A DNA stretch of 64,000 nucleotides. Source: Bdellovibrionota bacterium. GTDB taxonomy: Bacteria > Bdellovibrionota_C > UBA2361 > CAKMMH01. The stretch lies in the NCBI GenBank assembly GCA_050952645.1, contig JBMNLI010000009.1, forward strand, positions 1,800 to 65,799. The letters run 5' to 3'. The notes beneath the pieces were generated by a model, which was given only the letters and a program-made list of their open reading frames with translations, searched no databases and had not been told where the DNA came from. Below are positions 21,403 to 31,405 of the stretch, piece by piece. The position numbers were made by a program, and so were the translations under genes. How positions within the stretch are numbered: the first letter of the stretch is position 1; each line of letters opens with the position of its first letter.

Positions 21403-21741
21403 AAATTATAAGATTTTAATTTTATACTTCTTAAATTCTTCATATCTTCTCTCACATATATTTTCATAAATATAAATACGTATCATACATTTCTACAATT
21501 TTATTACTATCGTTTATTTTATAGCTATATATGCCTCTTTACTATAATGATTTAATTTCATTATATATTTAATAATAAATTTTATTTTTATAATGTTTAA
21601 AATATAAAAAACATTTAATTTGCACAAAATAACGTTATATTTTAATAATATTAATCACTAAAAGTAATATTCCAATAATTTCATAATATTGTATAATAAC
21701 AAAGTTAGAAACTTTCTTTACTTTTATATAGGAAAAAAATT

Positions 21742-22854
21742 ATGCAAAAATCTAAATGGACATTTGTGTTTTTTATGCTTACTTTTTTATTGTCTGCATT
21801 TTTATCATCAGTATTTACTCTAAATGCTTACGCTGATACAGATAAAAAAAATGAGAAACAAACACCCGACTCGCTAAAACTATATAGCCTTAAAGATTTT
21901 TACGGGAAAAATAACGATGCAATCGTATCTTTTAATAATGTAGATAGAGCGCTAAAAATTTACAAATCAAAAAATAATAAACTTGAAGTTGAAGCTTCTC
22001 AAGAAATTCCACAATTTTTATCTAACCTTTGTCTCTATGAAAATAATGGCAAAAAACAAATAGTAGTAGCTCTAGGCTGGGGAAGAGGCGACCTAGATGC
22101 CCCGATAAAAATATTCCTTACAGATGGAAAATTTGATAATGCTACGCTTATATACGAGGTAGAAAGCAAAAGAAGCGAGGTGTCTTTCTTAAAACAAGTA
22201 GGAGAAGATATTTACATTAGCTATTTTAACTCGAAATATAACTCGGTATTTGGAAAACTTATGCAAGTTGCAGAAGATAAATGGGATTTTATAGAAATTG
22301 CAAAGGTAAGGCTTGGCATGGCAGTAGATATCGATAAAGATAGTAAGAGCGTAGTATTTGCTAGACCTTATAAAGACGAAGAGAAAAAACTTTCCGAGGT
22401 TATCTTATTAAATAAAGATAAAAAAATTATAGAACTTCCATCTTTTCGTGGCGCTAGCTCGGTAGCATTTGCAAATATAGATAACGATAAAGAAAAAGAA
22501 ATTTTAATAGGCGACGGTTGGCACCAAAATTATGCAGCAATGGCTGAACCACGCTTTAGTTATATAAAAATAAATCCTAAAACTAAAAAATACGAGTTAA
22601 GTTTAATATCAAATATAAAAGGACAACCATCAATCGATAAGATAATCCCATTTAACGCTAATAATAAAGATTACATTTTAACTGTTGGGGAAAAGTTTAT
22701 AAACCTTTACGAGCCTAAAAATAATTGGAAGCAAAAAACTATCCTTGAAAAAACCGGAGATGCGTTTCAAACTTTAGATGCAGTATTCGTCTTATTAGAT
22801 GGAAAGCCAAGAATCGCCACTTTCGATAAAAAGTTAGAGATAAAAACTTTCTAA
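21742..22854 (+). CDS. secreted hypothetical protein
   Basis: 370 aa. Cleavable signal peptide (FVFFMLTFLLSAFLSSVFTLNAYA). No recognised catalytic motif. Confidence 0.55.
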   Translation: MQKSKWTFVFFMLTFLLSAFLSSVFTLNAYADTDKKNEKQTPDSLKLYSLKDFYGKNNDAIVSFNNVDRALKIYKSKNNKLEVEASQEIPQFLSNLCLYENNGKKQIVVALGWGRGDLDAPIKIFLTDGKFDNATLIYEVESKRSEVSFLKQVGEDIYISYFNSKYNSVFGKLMQVAEDKWDFIEIAKVRLGMAVDIDKDSKSVVFARPYKDEEKKLSEVILLNKDKKIIELPSFRGASSVAFANIDNDKEKEILIGDGWHQNYAAMAEPRFSYIKINPKTKKYELSLISNIKGQPSIDKIIPFNANNKDYILTVGEKFINLYEPKNNWKQKTILEKTGDAFQTLDAVFVLLDGKPRIATFDKKLEIKTF

Positions 22855-23135
22855 ATTAATAAAAAAGTTAATAAATAAGTTAATAAAAAAGATAATACTA
22901 AGTTTCACTAGTATTCGCCCCTTTTTTACCGATTTTACTATATTTTTTTAATATTTATTGGTATAATCAAAAAGTTTTTTGCTAACTTTTTAATTATTAG
23001 AAAACTTTTATAAAATTTTATCATCTAATTAAACGCTTGTAGAATTTTGCTAAAGTTTGTAAAAAGTTAGTAAAAATTTATTTTTATTTTTTAATTTATT
23101 TATTACTTTTATTTTATATTAAAGGAGATTTTTAT

Positions 23136-23858
23136 TTGGCATACCCAAACAATAATAATTACGGACAAAACAAAAGATATAGAAATTACAATAATCAAGA
23201 TAAAGATGATGAGCATAGAATTAATTTAAAGATACGATGCCCCGAAGTGCGCTTAATTGGGGATGACGGCGAGCAATTAGGAATTTTACCAACAAACGAA
23301 GCAAGAAAAATTGCAGATGAAAAAGGACTAGACCTAGTAGAGGTAGCACCGAATGCTAAACCACCAGTTTGCAAAATTATGGATTACGGCAAATTTAAAT
23401 ACCGTGAACAAAAAAAGGAAATGGCTGCTAAGAAAAAAAGAAGCGAAACTGAAACTAAAGAACTAAGAATTCGCTATAGAACTGATAAAGGCGATCTTCA
23501 AACGAAATTAAAACAAGCAAGAGGATTTCTTGAAAATGGTGATAAGGTTAAATTTAGTATGCGTTTTAGAGGACGTGAAGCTATGTATGTAAACCTTGGT
23601 GTTGAAAAGTTTAATGAGATAACGGAATCACTTTCAGATATAGCCATTATAGATGAGCAATCGAAAATGCAAGGAAATAATATCTATATCGTTTATGCGC
23701 TAGATAGAAGTAAAAAAGCCCCGACTACTAATAAAGAAAGCAATAAAGAAAATAATAAAGAAAAAAGCGAAATAAATGAGACAAAAGCTGAGACAAAAGC
23801 TGAAATAAAAGCTGAAACAAGAAACGAAAACAAAAATAATGTTTCACTAGAAAGCTAA
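23136..23858 (+). CDS. infC: translation initiation factor IF-3 (TTG start, Lys/Glu/Asn-rich C-terminal extension)
   Basis: Core HRINLKIRCPEVRLIGDDGEQLGIL...GLDLVEVAPNAKPPVCKIMDYGKFKY...MRFRGREAMY matches IF-3 N- and C-domains. TTG start at 23136 with AAGGAG 8 nt upstream. About 55 aa of low-complexity tail (KESNKENNKEKSEINETKAETKAEIKAETRNENKNN). Confidence 0.85.
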   Translation: MAYPNNNNYGQNKRYRNYNNQDKDDEHRINLKIRCPEVRLIGDDGEQLGILPTNEARKIADEKGLDLVEVAPNAKPPVCKIMDYGKFKYREQKKEMAAKKKRSETETKELRIRYRTDKGDLQTKLKQARGFLENGDKVKFSMRFRGREAMYVNLGVEKFNEITESLSDIAIIDEQSKMQGNNIYIVYALDRSKKAPTTNKESNKENNKEKSEINETKAETKAEIKAETRNENKNNVSLES

Positions 23859-23906
23859 ATTCCTAAAAATAATTAAAGTTTTTAAAAAGTCTTAAAATAA
23901 CTAAAA

Positions 23907-25310
23907 ATGACGAAAGTTAAAGATACCCTAGGTAGTGAAATAGAAAAAAAAGAAAAGGAAACGAGTTTAGTAAACGAGTTTTTACTTATAGACCCAAAGC
24001 ATTTAGCTAAAGCTATTTTTAATGCCGAGCTTCCAGAGCAAGTCGTTAGAGAAATCCCACCATTAAATTTATATATGGCTATCGAGCAAAACGGTCTTAT
24101 CTCATCCGTCGATTTAATCGACATAATGACTGTCAAACAAAGACGCATCGTTTTAGATTTAGACTGTTGGCAAAATGATAAATTTAATGAAGCTAATTTT
24201 TTTTCATGGCTTAGCCTAACTGATGAAGAAAATTCCCTTGAGCTTTTAAAAAAGATTTTTGCATCATCAGATCTAAAACTCGTATCTTTCCTTTTAGGAA
24301 AATATTTAACCGTTCACTATCAAACGGAACCGACAGACTTACCACCTGCAGGGGATTTTTACACTCCAGATAAGGGCTACACTTGGATAAAAGTAGAAAC
24401 GAATAATATAGATTATGATTTTTTATTAAAAAGACTTTTAGCTTTAATTTTCGATATTAGCAGAGAACTTTTTTATCAAATAATATCGGTTCAAACGGTA
24501 TGCACGCCATCGGAACTTGAAGAAACTGCATACAAAGAAAAATCGGACAGATTGGCTAGCGAAGGGATTCCTACCTTTGAAGAAGCTATAGAAATAAATA
24601 GACCTATAACTAAATCGAAAATATTAGAAAAAATTAAAAAGATAAAAAAACCACCTAGAGAACCACTAATAAATATTACGCCTCTATCTATAAAAGATGA
24701 TATGGACGAACCTTTAAAATCTTTTATAGCAAACATAAAAGATATCCATACAGCACTTTCCGAACTTAGTAGAATTTTAAATGCTAGCATAGTTTTCTAT
24801 GAACGATCTTTTAATAATATAGAAAATATATATGCACTAAGTGAAAAAATAAAAGGCATTTTAAATATAGGATTAGAAAAGCTTTTAGAAGATAGTGAAA
24901 TTAAAGAACGCATAGATACCATATATCCTATCGTAAATTTACAAGACATATATAAGTATGGATTAAATTTTGTAAGAGATTTAAGAAATAAAGCATTAAA
25001 AATTTTAAAAGAAAAAGAAGACAGTTTAAGTTTGATAGAATTAGAAATAGTAAAATCACTTTCAGAAGCAATTCCAGCACTTCCTTCATTCGTTAAAAAT
25101 GAAAATGAATTTATAAAAGAAACCTCTTATAGCCAAGTTAGAGGTAGTGGTAATAGAAGCGATAATAGAAACGATAACGAAAGTAATAACGAAAATAATA
25201 ATAAAAGTAATTATGAAAATATTGAAAGACTAATAACGGGTAAAAAGGCTTTAAGAAATTATAACGATATAATTATATCAAATAGACTTTTAGAAAAAAT
25301 TAACTCTTAA
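23907..25310 (+). CDS. hypothetical protein (467 aa)
   Basis: Long ORF with an Asn/Ser-rich low-complexity segment near the C-terminus. No family recognised. It occupies the position where rpmI-rplT usually follow infC. Confidence 0.5.
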   Translation: MTKVKDTLGSEIEKKEKETSLVNEFLLIDPKHLAKAIFNAELPEQVVREIPPLNLYMAIEQNGLISSVDLIDIMTVKQRRIVLDLDCWQNDKFNEANFFSWLSLTDEENSLELLKKIFASSDLKLVSFLLGKYLTVHYQTEPTDLPPAGDFYTPDKGYTWIKVETNNIDYDFLLKRLLALIFDISRELFYQIISVQTVCTPSELEETAYKEKSDRLASEGIPTFEEAIEINRPITKSKILEKIKKIKKPPREPLINITPLSIKDDMDEPLKSFIANIKDIHTALSELSRILNASIVFYERSFNNIENIYALSEKIKGILNIGLEKLLEDSEIKERIDTIYPIVNLQDIYKYGLNFVRDLRNKALKILKEKEDSLSLIELEIVKSLSEAIPALPSFVKNENEFIKETSYSQVRGSGNRSDNRNDNESNNENNNKSNYENIERLITGKKALRNYNDIIISNRLLEKINS

Positions 25311-25448
25311 ATCTCATCTGCACCTCAAACGTGGACTAAAAGAAAATTGAATTTAAAAAATTATTCTTTTACATCTAAAAATGACTTTAAGTTCTCAAAA
25401 TTAGCATTCCCCTTACCTAGAGGAATTCAACAAAACAAAAAATGATAA

Positions 25449-26924
25449 CTATTTAAGCTCCGTTAGCCTTTTAATAACGCTACAAAGCAAAGTGTTAGCT
25501 TGCGTGCTGTCGCTAGCTTCAACGTAGCATCTAAACTCAGGTGCATTTCCAGACGGTCTAAGATGAACGATAGTATCATCTTCAAAATACATTCTAAGTC
25601 CATCGGTTAAGTCGGTTTTAATAATTTTAGAAGTTAAAAAAGGAAACTTAATTTTTACATCATCTAAATTATTTTTCAAATCTTCTATTATTTGTTTACT
25701 CTTTGCAGTTTCAAAATTTTGCACTCTATTGCTTATCGCAACTCTAGCATTTAAGCTCGAAACTATTTTTGAAAGTGATAAGTTTTTATTTAATAGTAAG
25801 AGTAAAGCTAAATGCACTATCGCTGCATCTCTAGTAGGAAGCGCCTCTAGCTCTTTCCCTTCAATATTAACCTTAGTTTCTAATAGAAAGCCTCCATTTG
25901 CTTCGTAGCCAACTACTATATTTTTACCATCATTTAAGCTTTGCATAGCTTCTATAACGAAAGGCGAACCGATCTTGGTTCTTTTTATAATATTAAATTT
26001 TTGACTAGTTTCAAGCACGCTATTTGCAGACACTGGAGCGCAAACCGCATTGGCCTTTAAGTAAGAAGCTACAAGCACTCCTAAAATATCACCTGAAATA
26101 AAGTTTCCATTTTCATCAAAAACTAAAGGTCTGTCGGCGTCTCCGTCCGTGCTTAAGATAATATCGGGGTTATATTCTTTAGCCCATTTTTTAGCTAACT
26201 TTAAATCTTCTTCTCTAACCGCCTCTGTGTCTACTGGAATAAAAGTTTCCGAGCGTCCAACTCTTATAACGTTTGCCCCTAACTTTTCGTATATATAAGG
26301 AAGCATATCACGTCCAACGCCTGAATGTTCATAAAATACTATCTTTTTATTTTTTAGTGCATCTTTGTAAAATGCATTTAAATATCTATCTATGTATGCG
26401 TTTTTTATTTTATCAGAGTTTTCAAAAAGTTCTTCGGTATATTTTAAATTACCATTTTCAAATAAATTTTCATCAATTTCAACTCTAGTAGCTTTAATTC
26501 CTAGTTCGTCTTTTTTTAATATTTCTCCCGTAGGTAAATTATATTTAATACCATTTCTATCATCTGGAATATGACTACCCGTAATCATTATAGCAGGGAT
26601 ACTATTTTTTATACCGTAAAATGCTACTGCTGGAGATGGTGCAAACTCTCCCCCTACTACTTCAAAACCGCTATCTACGCAAGCCTTTGCTACCGCCTTC
26701 ATAATTCTTGGTGTACTTTTGCGTAAATCACCAGCTATTGCGACCTTGTCTTTTTTAAAACCAAGGGAGAGCATATATTGCAAAAAGCCCTTAGTGTAAA
26801 CGTAAGCTACTCTATCCGTGATGCTATCTGCAAGACCTCTAGCGCCACTAGTTCCAAACTTTACTCCCGATGTATCCATTAAATCTGAAATCAATATACT
26901 AGCCATATCAGAACGTATCTCCAT
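25449..26924 (-). CDS. phosphomannomutase/phosphoglucomutase family protein
   Basis: 491 aa. Active-site GTSGARG (phosphoserine loop), metal-binding DGDADR, sugar-binding GYEANGG. Confidence 0.85.
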   Translation of the reverse strand: MEIRSDMASILISDLMDTSGVKFGTSGARGLADSITDRVAYVYTKGFLQYMLSLGFKKDKVAIAGDLRKSTPRIMKAVAKACVDSGFEVVGGEFAPSPAVAFYGIKNSIPAIMITGSHIPDDRNGIKYNLPTGEILKKDELGIKATRVEIDENLFENGNLKYTEELFENSDKIKNAYIDRYLNAFYKDALKNKKIVFYEHSGVGRDMLPYIYEKLGANVIRVGRSETFIPVDTEAVREEDLKLAKKWAKEYNPDIILSTDGDADRPLVFDENGNFISGDILGVLVASYLKANAVCAPVSANSVLETSQKFNIIKRTKIGSPFVIEAMQSLNDGKNIVVGYEANGGFLLETKVNIEGKELEALPTRDAAIVHLALLLLLNKNLSLSKIVSSLNARVAISNRVQNFETAKSKQIIEDLKNNLDDVKIKFPFLTSKIIKTDLTDGLRMYFEDDTIVHLRPSGNAPEFRCYVEASDSTQANTLLCSVIKRLTELK

Positions 26925-27113
26925 AAAAAAACAGGTTCTTTAAAAAAATTAAAAAAATGTAAAGATAAATTTTTTTAAACTAGAAAAATTGTATATTAAA
27001 TAAGGCTTTTTTTCAATTAATGAGTGCCGCTAAGTAAAATATGCAAAAAAATTTTAGTTTCTTTTTTTTACTAGGGTAATTTTATACTAAGATGATTTTA
27101 TGCTAAGATAATT

Positions 27114-28367
27114 TTATGCTACGGATGATACAGAACCGATATCCTCTATAGTTCTTAATATCACATTTATCATATCTTTTACTTGAAATTTTTTGATACC
27201 TTTTTTTATAAAACCTCCAGCTCTTTCTTTGTGTCCTCCTACATTTTCCTCACCTATGGCACTTTCTAAAATAAATTTAGCCATATTTTTATACGAGCTA
27301 CCTTCACTAGTGCGAATAGATATGTCGTAGCCATCTCTTTTTTGAAGAATGTAAATTAAAAAATCGTCCTTTTCATTAGATAAATATTTAGCACGTTTTC
27401 CAGCATCTGCCGTTGCAACTCCTAAAGCTTCAATGTCTTTTTGGTCAATATAAGTGTAAAGTACGCTAATTCCATTTTTTAATTTCTCACTTTTTTTATT
27501 TTCCAAAAACCTTTTTTCTAACTCAGGGCATTTAGCATATTCTCCAAAATCTTCTAAGTAGCGATCGATAGTTTCTTTAGTGCATAACTTTTCTAATCGT
27601 TCTTTTATTTTCATAGTATTTTGACTATTTTTTTTAAAATCGCTCGTATCTACCTTTATTCCATGGTATAAACCACAAAGTGCCTCTTTAGTTAATAAAC
27701 TTATATCGACACCTAACGCCTCTGCTAAATGGTAAACGGCTTCGCAAGTCGATGTTGCCTCTTTACGCATACATACCTTATTGCCTACTATTGATAGGCT
27801 ATCATTACTTTTAAACCTATTATTTTTAAAATGATGATCGATGCTTATTACTTTAGTTTCTGCTTTTGTTAATTTTTTCATCGTTTCTTCACCACCTCTT
27901 TCAGGTCTATCGCAATCTAAGTAGATGGCAAGGTCAAAGCTTGAAGCTCCTTCTAAATCAATCTTTATATCATTTATGATATCCTTTGTGCCATTTAAAA
28001 CTTTAAAACCTCTAGGGACGCCATCTTGCAAAACTACTGAAACTTTTTTCCCAATTTTTTCTAACACTTCTTTAACGAACACTAAAGAGCCTACACAGTC
28101 TTCATCGGGAAGCAAATGTCCTATAAGCACTACATTATTACTGTTTTTTATAGCTTCTATTAAACTAGACTCAAACGAGACTGGTTCTATTTTAGGATTT
28201 GCAATTATTTCAATTTGTGGAAGTAGAGAGTGTGATAAAAAATCTTTTGCTTTCATATTGCCTCCATTAGCGTTATGTGTTTTAACTGTATCTCGGAGGG
28301 GAGCTTTCTTAGCTTCAGCTTGCTTAGCCCCAGCTTTATTAGCATCATTTTGCTCTTGGGCAGGCAT
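27114..28367 (-). CDS. nrnA: DHH-family phosphoesterase (NrnA-type bifunctional oligoribonuclease/pAp phosphatase); alternative start at 28256
   Basis: DHH motifs (GHLLPDEDCVGS; ISIDHHFKNN) and a DHHA1-like C-terminus (GGHKERAGG). The first 37 codons are GC-rich low complexity. An internal Met at 28256 has a GGAGG RBS 5 nt upstream and matches typical NrnA N-termini. Confidence 0.75.
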   Translation of the reverse strand: MPAQEQNDANKAGAKQAEAKKAPLRDTVKTHNANGGNMKAKDFLSHSLLPQIEIIANPKIEPVSFESSLIEAIKNSNNVVLIGHLLPDEDCVGSLVFVKEVLEKIGKKVSVVLQDGVPRGFKVLNGTKDIINDIKIDLEGASSFDLAIYLDCDRPERGGEETMKKLTKAETKVISIDHHFKNNRFKSNDSLSIVGNKVCMRKEATSTCEAVYHLAEALGVDISLLTKEALCGLYHGIKVDTSDFKKNSQNTMKIKERLEKLCTKETIDRYLEDFGEYAKCPELEKRFLENKKSEKLKNGISVLYTYIDQKDIEALGVATADAGKRAKYLSNEKDDFLIYILQKRDGYDISIRTSEGSSYKNMAKFILESAIGEENVGGHKERAGGFIKKGIKKFQVKDMINVILRTIEDIGSVSSVA

Positions 28368-28686
28368 AATTTCTCCATAAGTATAAGAAAAAGATTAATA
28401 GTAAATATATCAAATATTTGAAAATAGTTAAAAGATAAATAATAAAACACGCCTAAAAACTTAGAAAAATATAAAAATTCAAAATTAAAAAAACATGAAA
28501 AAAAATAGGCACTAATATATAACACTAATATATAACTAATATATAATCGTTTAGTAGCGATAATTTGCTTCAATAAAATACTTATTATAAGGTAGTTTTA
28601 TTTTTAAAACAAATATAATATTATTTTGTAGTTTATAAATTTTATAGTTTAAATATTTACTTACTTATTACTTACAAAAGATTTAT

Positions 28687-29550
28687 ATGAAAAAGCCTGT
28701 TTGGTTTAAAAAAGCACCACTTGGAAGAGAAATTGGATCGAAAAATTTTATAGAACTTAAAAATATTATAGAAGATAGAGGTATTTTTACTGTTTGCAGG
28801 GAGGCAAAATGCCCAAATATAGGCGAGTGTTGGACGCATAGGACTGCAACTTTTATGATATTAGGCGATACTTGCACTAGAAATTGTGCATTTTGCTCAA
28901 TCAAAAAAGCTAGTGATGGGCATAAGTTAGCTTTGCCGAGCGATAAAGAGATAGAAAATATATCAAAAACTATTTATGAATTAAACTTAAAACATGCAGT
29001 TATAACGACCGTTACTAGAGACGATTTAAAAGATGGAGGAGCTATGCATTTTTATAAATTATGCATTAACATTCATAAGCTTCTTCCCTCGTGTACAATT
29101 GAGCTTTTAATTTCAGATTTACATGGCAATATAGAATCTTTAAAAACTATTTTATCTGCCCCCATTTCTATTTTAAATCATAATATTGAAACCGTGCCGA
29201 GCCTTTATAAAAAAATTAGACCGATGGCAAGTTATGAGCGTTCTTTAAAAATACTTAGCGAGGCTAAAAAAATATCTCCTAAGATTCGCACGAAGTCTGG
29301 AATGATGCTAGGGCTCGGAGAAACTAAAGATGAGATTTTAAAAACTATGGACGACCTGCTTAATGCAAACGTCGATATTTTAACTTTAGGACAATATTTA
29401 CAGCCGACTAAAAACCAAGTTCCCGTAAAAGAGTTTATCCCCCCAGAGCAATTTAACGAATATAAAAAAATTGGACTACAAAAAGGCTTCGATATCGTTG
29501 AAGCTAGCCCTTTTACTAGAAGCTCTTATAATGCTAGAAATCATGTATAA
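28687..29550 (+). CDS. lipA: lipoyl synthase
   Basis: 287 aa. CREAKCPNIGEC (auxiliary cluster) and CTRNCAFC (radical-SAM cluster). Confidence 0.9.
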   Translation: MKKPVWFKKAPLGREIGSKNFIELKNIIEDRGIFTVCREAKCPNIGECWTHRTATFMILGDTCTRNCAFCSIKKASDGHKLALPSDKEIENISKTIYELNLKHAVITTVTRDDLKDGGAMHFYKLCINIHKLLPSCTIELLISDLHGNIESLKTILSAPISILNHNIETVPSLYKKIRPMASYERSLKILSEAKKISPKIRTKSGMMLGLGETKDEILKTMDDLLNANVDILTLGQYLQPTKNQVPVKEFIPPEQFNEYKKIGLQKGFDIVEASPFTRSSYNARNHV

Positions 29551-29555
29551 AAATT

Positions 29556-29871
29556 GGTTCTTCACATTTTAGGTGGGTTAGAAAAATTGTTTTTGGAGGT
29601 TAGCTTAAAAGAAAATTGGAGCTAGCTAAAGCTAGCGGAGATTTTCTTTTGGGCTTCGTGGGGTTGGTGATACTAATTTTAAGGCCCAAAACCTACCTTA
29701 AAACGTGAAGAGCCTTGTTTTTGGGGTTTGATAATGCTTATAGTAAAGCTTATCCCTGAATGTATTTTTAAAAAGCTTAAAATGTAAAACTAGAAAAAAA
29801 TAAAAGGTTCTTCACGTTTTAAGAGGGCTTAGAAAGATTGTTTTTTGGGTTACCTTAAAACGTGAAGAGCC
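29556..29871 (+). mobile_element. composite MITE-like insertion (full unit 29556..29714 plus short unit 29806..29871) flanked by 8-bp TSD TAAAAATT
   Basis: Termini GGTTCTTCACATTTTAGGTGGG ... CCTTAAAACGTGAAGAGCC. TAAAAATT occurs at 29548-29555 and 29872-29879. The left TSD overlaps the lipA stop codon. Confidence 0.7.
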
Positions 29872-30045
29872 TAAAAATTTAAAGTCTAGTAAAAAACAAT
29901 AAGTTTAAAACTTTTATATTTCTATACGCAAAATTATTTGATATATTTCTATTAAATCATCTAAAAAAAAGAAGAGAGACATTTACAAAATAAACTTTTG
30001 TGTCATCTTTAGATTCATTTAAAAAAATTCTATTTGGAGGAATAA

Positions 30046-30429
30046 ATGCAAACGAAAATTTTAAGAAAAATTTTAATTTTCTCAATACTTTTAAGTTTTA
30101 CAGGTTGTGGCTTTGTTTACAATGAAAAAACTCTTAAAGATTTAAAAGATCCTTACGCATCACAAAATTGTAGCTACGAAGTATTATTAAACGTTAAAAA
30201 CGACCCTAGAGATGCTAACTACATCGCATCACAAAATTTTCAAACTATCGGAGTTTCTACCGTTAATAAGTTCTGGGTTTGGCCTTGGCCACCAACCATC
30301 CCTTATTATAGAAAAGATTTTAAGGCTTTAGTTTGTGAAACTGGTGCAGATGCGATAGAAGTATATCGTGGTGTAGGAACACCTCACTTTAGAAATGCAA
30401 GAATTAGACTATTAAAGCGTGCAAGATAA
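30046..30429 (+). CDS. putative lipoprotein
   Basis: 127 aa. Signal peptide with lipobox LSFTGC. Confidence 0.5.
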   Translation: MQTKILRKILIFSILLSFTGCGFVYNEKTLKDLKDPYASQNCSYEVLLNVKNDPRDANYIASQNFQTIGVSTVNKFWVWPWPPTIPYYRKDFKALVCETGADAIEVYRGVGTPHFRNARIRLLKRAR

Positions 30430-30538
30430 GTAAAAAAATAATTAAAAAAGTAATTAAAGAAAAATAATAAACTAAAGAAATAAAAATTTAAGATTTTAAA
30501 AAGGAAAGCTTATTAAAAAAGGCTTTCCTTTTTTATCT

Positions 30539-30610
30539 TAAACTTTCCCTTGTTTTACGTATAAAATTTAATTTTAACTTTATAACCTACTCAAAATAAT
30601 TTAAAAAATT
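30539..30610. repeat. ~70-bp dispersed repeat (AAACTTTCCCYTGTTTTACGTATA...AATTTTAATTTTAA), solo copy
   Basis: Near-identical to 35771..35845. Its first 25 bp also occur inverted at 35948..35972. Confidence 0.5.
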
Positions 30611-30677
30611 CTTTCTTTTTAAATCTTTCTTTTAAAAAACTCTACAATACTATTTTATACTTACTATTTTATACTTA

Positions 30678-31355
30678 CTACTTTATACTTACTACTTCTT
30701 TGTTTTTTTTAGAAACTAAAATCTCAGTTGCGAAATTAGTAAAGATGCCATTTTCAACCACCCCAGGAATGCTATTTATCTCTTTTTCAAGATCGTCTTC
30801 TATTTTTTCAAATTCTACATCGTAAATTACATTTCCAAACTCCGTGATAACTTCTCCATGTTTTTTTTCAGCCATTCTTAAACTTATATTTTTTATATTA
30901 AAATTTCTTTCTAAAATTTTTTCTACACTCCTTATCGCTAAAGGATTTACCTCGATAGGAACTAGCGATTTTTTGGCAATGTTTTTAGCAAGCTTCGTCT
31001 CATCTACGATAATCACGTAATTTTTAGAAACGCTAGCTAAAATTTTTTCTCTTAACATTGCTCCCCCTTTGCCTTTTATAACTCTTTTCCTATCATCTAC
31101 GGCATCTGCGCCATCAAAAGAAAAATCGATGCTATAAGGCACAATATCGGAAAGCACACGAATGCCTAACGCTTCGCAAAATCTCGTCGTAGAAATAGAT
31201 GTTGAAATAGCGCTAACTTTAAAATTATTTTCTAGTGATTTTTTCGCAATTTCTCTTATCGCATAATCGACGGTCGACCCTGTGCCTATACCAATTAAGC
31301 AATCTTTATTTATTCTTTTTGCTATCTCTAGCCCTAAATTTAATTTTAAATCCAT
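30678..31355 (-). CDS. rpiA: ribose-5-phosphate isomerase A
   Basis: 225 aa. GIGTGSTV phosphate-binding motif, GADAVD and KGKGGAM blocks. Confidence 0.85.
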   Translation of the reverse strand: MDLKLNLGLEIAKRINKDCLIGIGTGSTVDYAIREIAKKSLENNFKVSAISTSISTTRFCEALGIRVLSDIVPYSIDFSFDGADAVDDRKRVIKGKGGAMLREKILASVSKNYVIIVDETKLAKNIAKKSLVPIEVNPLAIRSVEKILERNFNIKNISLRMAEKKHGEVITEFGNVIYDVEFEKIEDDLEKEINSIPGVVENGIFTNFATEILVSKKNKEVVSIK

Positions 31356-31405
31356 AATAAAAATTTATACCTTAATTTTTTTAAAATCTTTTTTTTTAGC
31401 TTTTT

